Shown here: piece after piece, positions 55,476 through 55,806 of the stretch | Numbering within the stretch: the stretch's first letter is position 1 | Layout of the letters: every line of letters starts with the position of its first letter | From: Cyanobacteria bacterium P01_D01_bin.156 | GTDB taxonomy: Bacteria; Cyanobacteriota; Cyanobacteriia; Phormidesmidales; Phormidesmidaceae | Assembly: GCA_039024555.1 (NCBI GenBank) | Contig: JBCCQQ010000043.1 | Coordinates: 1-55,806 of the forward strand | Length of the DNA: 55,806 bases | Direction: 5' to 3' | Notes under the pieces: generated by a model | Database searches by the model: none | What the model was told of the DNA's origin: nothing | What the model saw: the letters and a program-made list of their open reading frames with translations, nothing else | Program-made: the position numbers and the translations under genes

Positions 55476-55490
55476 ACTGTTAATTCCTCT

Positions 55491-55665
55491 CTATCGTGCT
55501 GGAAACGGTGGCCTTGGTGGCTCAGGCGGATTGTTATCGTTCACTGGCAATTTTGATTGCTGGGTTGCTGTTTTTTCCTTAAAAGACTTACGCCCAGAAG
55601 CTTTCCCTTTTATATCAGCACTCTCCTCTTGCCGCTGTATCCGCTGCTGTTCCACCGTGCGGTAA
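55491..55665 (-). CDS. Relaxase, 3' end (continuation across the circular join)
   Basis: In frame with 1610->1 (1610+175=1785 nt); ends ...PVNDNNPPEPPRPPFPAR. Confidence 0.88.
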
Positions 55666-55806
55666 ACCCGATTCACCAACTGATTGATGTACGACACGCG
55701 CTGCGATGGTTGATAAGCCATCAGACCAGGACTCGCCTGTGCCAATACCCGACGCAGCTGCCCACGGCTATATCCCAGCCGTGCCAATCGCTCCGCTAAG
55801 AATCTA
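55666..55806. repeat. Terminal direct repeat (assembly overlap), copy 2
   Basis: Exact 141-nt copy of 1-141. Confidence 0.97.

Noticed and set aside
55666..55806. Terminal repeat as a biological (phage-like) direct terminal repeat
   Set aside because: It is an exact 141-nt overlap in the middle of the relaxase ORF, typical of assembler k-mer circularisation, and there are no phage structural genes.

Overview
The window is a complete circular, mobilisable plasmid of about 55,665 bp. Bases 1-141 are identical to 55666-55806, which is an assembly overlap. The host is very probably a cyanobacterium: I counted at least 14 HIP1 octamers (GCGATCGC), and ParAB, the AEP-type Rep, the MobD/E-like pair and the IS5 element are of cyanobacterial type. 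Several modules look proteobacterial, including an IncW/PromA-like RepA with seven iterons, a MOBP relaxase, an RSF1010-like MobC, ArdA and UmuDC. Modules in order: relaxase (spans the contig join), mobC and oriT; a leading region (dead SprT-like protein, ardA with an ssDNA-promoter-like hairpin, Phd-VapC); oriV-repA-parB-parA; a 7-gene membrane/FtsK-like ATPase/M23 operon; a second AEP-type replicon with a candidate antisense RNA; an Eco29kI-type R-M system; umuDC; a defence island (trypsin protease, STAND ATPase-nuclease) beside a tyrosine recombinase; an RTX/CBM secreted-protein cassette; an orphan MTase; a 1150-aa unknown; a coupling protein with MobD/E-like genes; and an IS5 that splits a 176-aa gene. 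The best novelty candidate is a pair of non-relaxase proteins that carry three copies of the RSF1010-RepB'-like helical domain also found at the relaxase C-terminus. They also share ANDN motifs and Pro-rich, Arg-ending tails with it, so they are candidate conjugation-delivered effectors. The second candidate is a TraB/FtsK-like translocase operon with an active and a dead LytM protein. All family assignments come from motif recognition by eye; no database searches were run.
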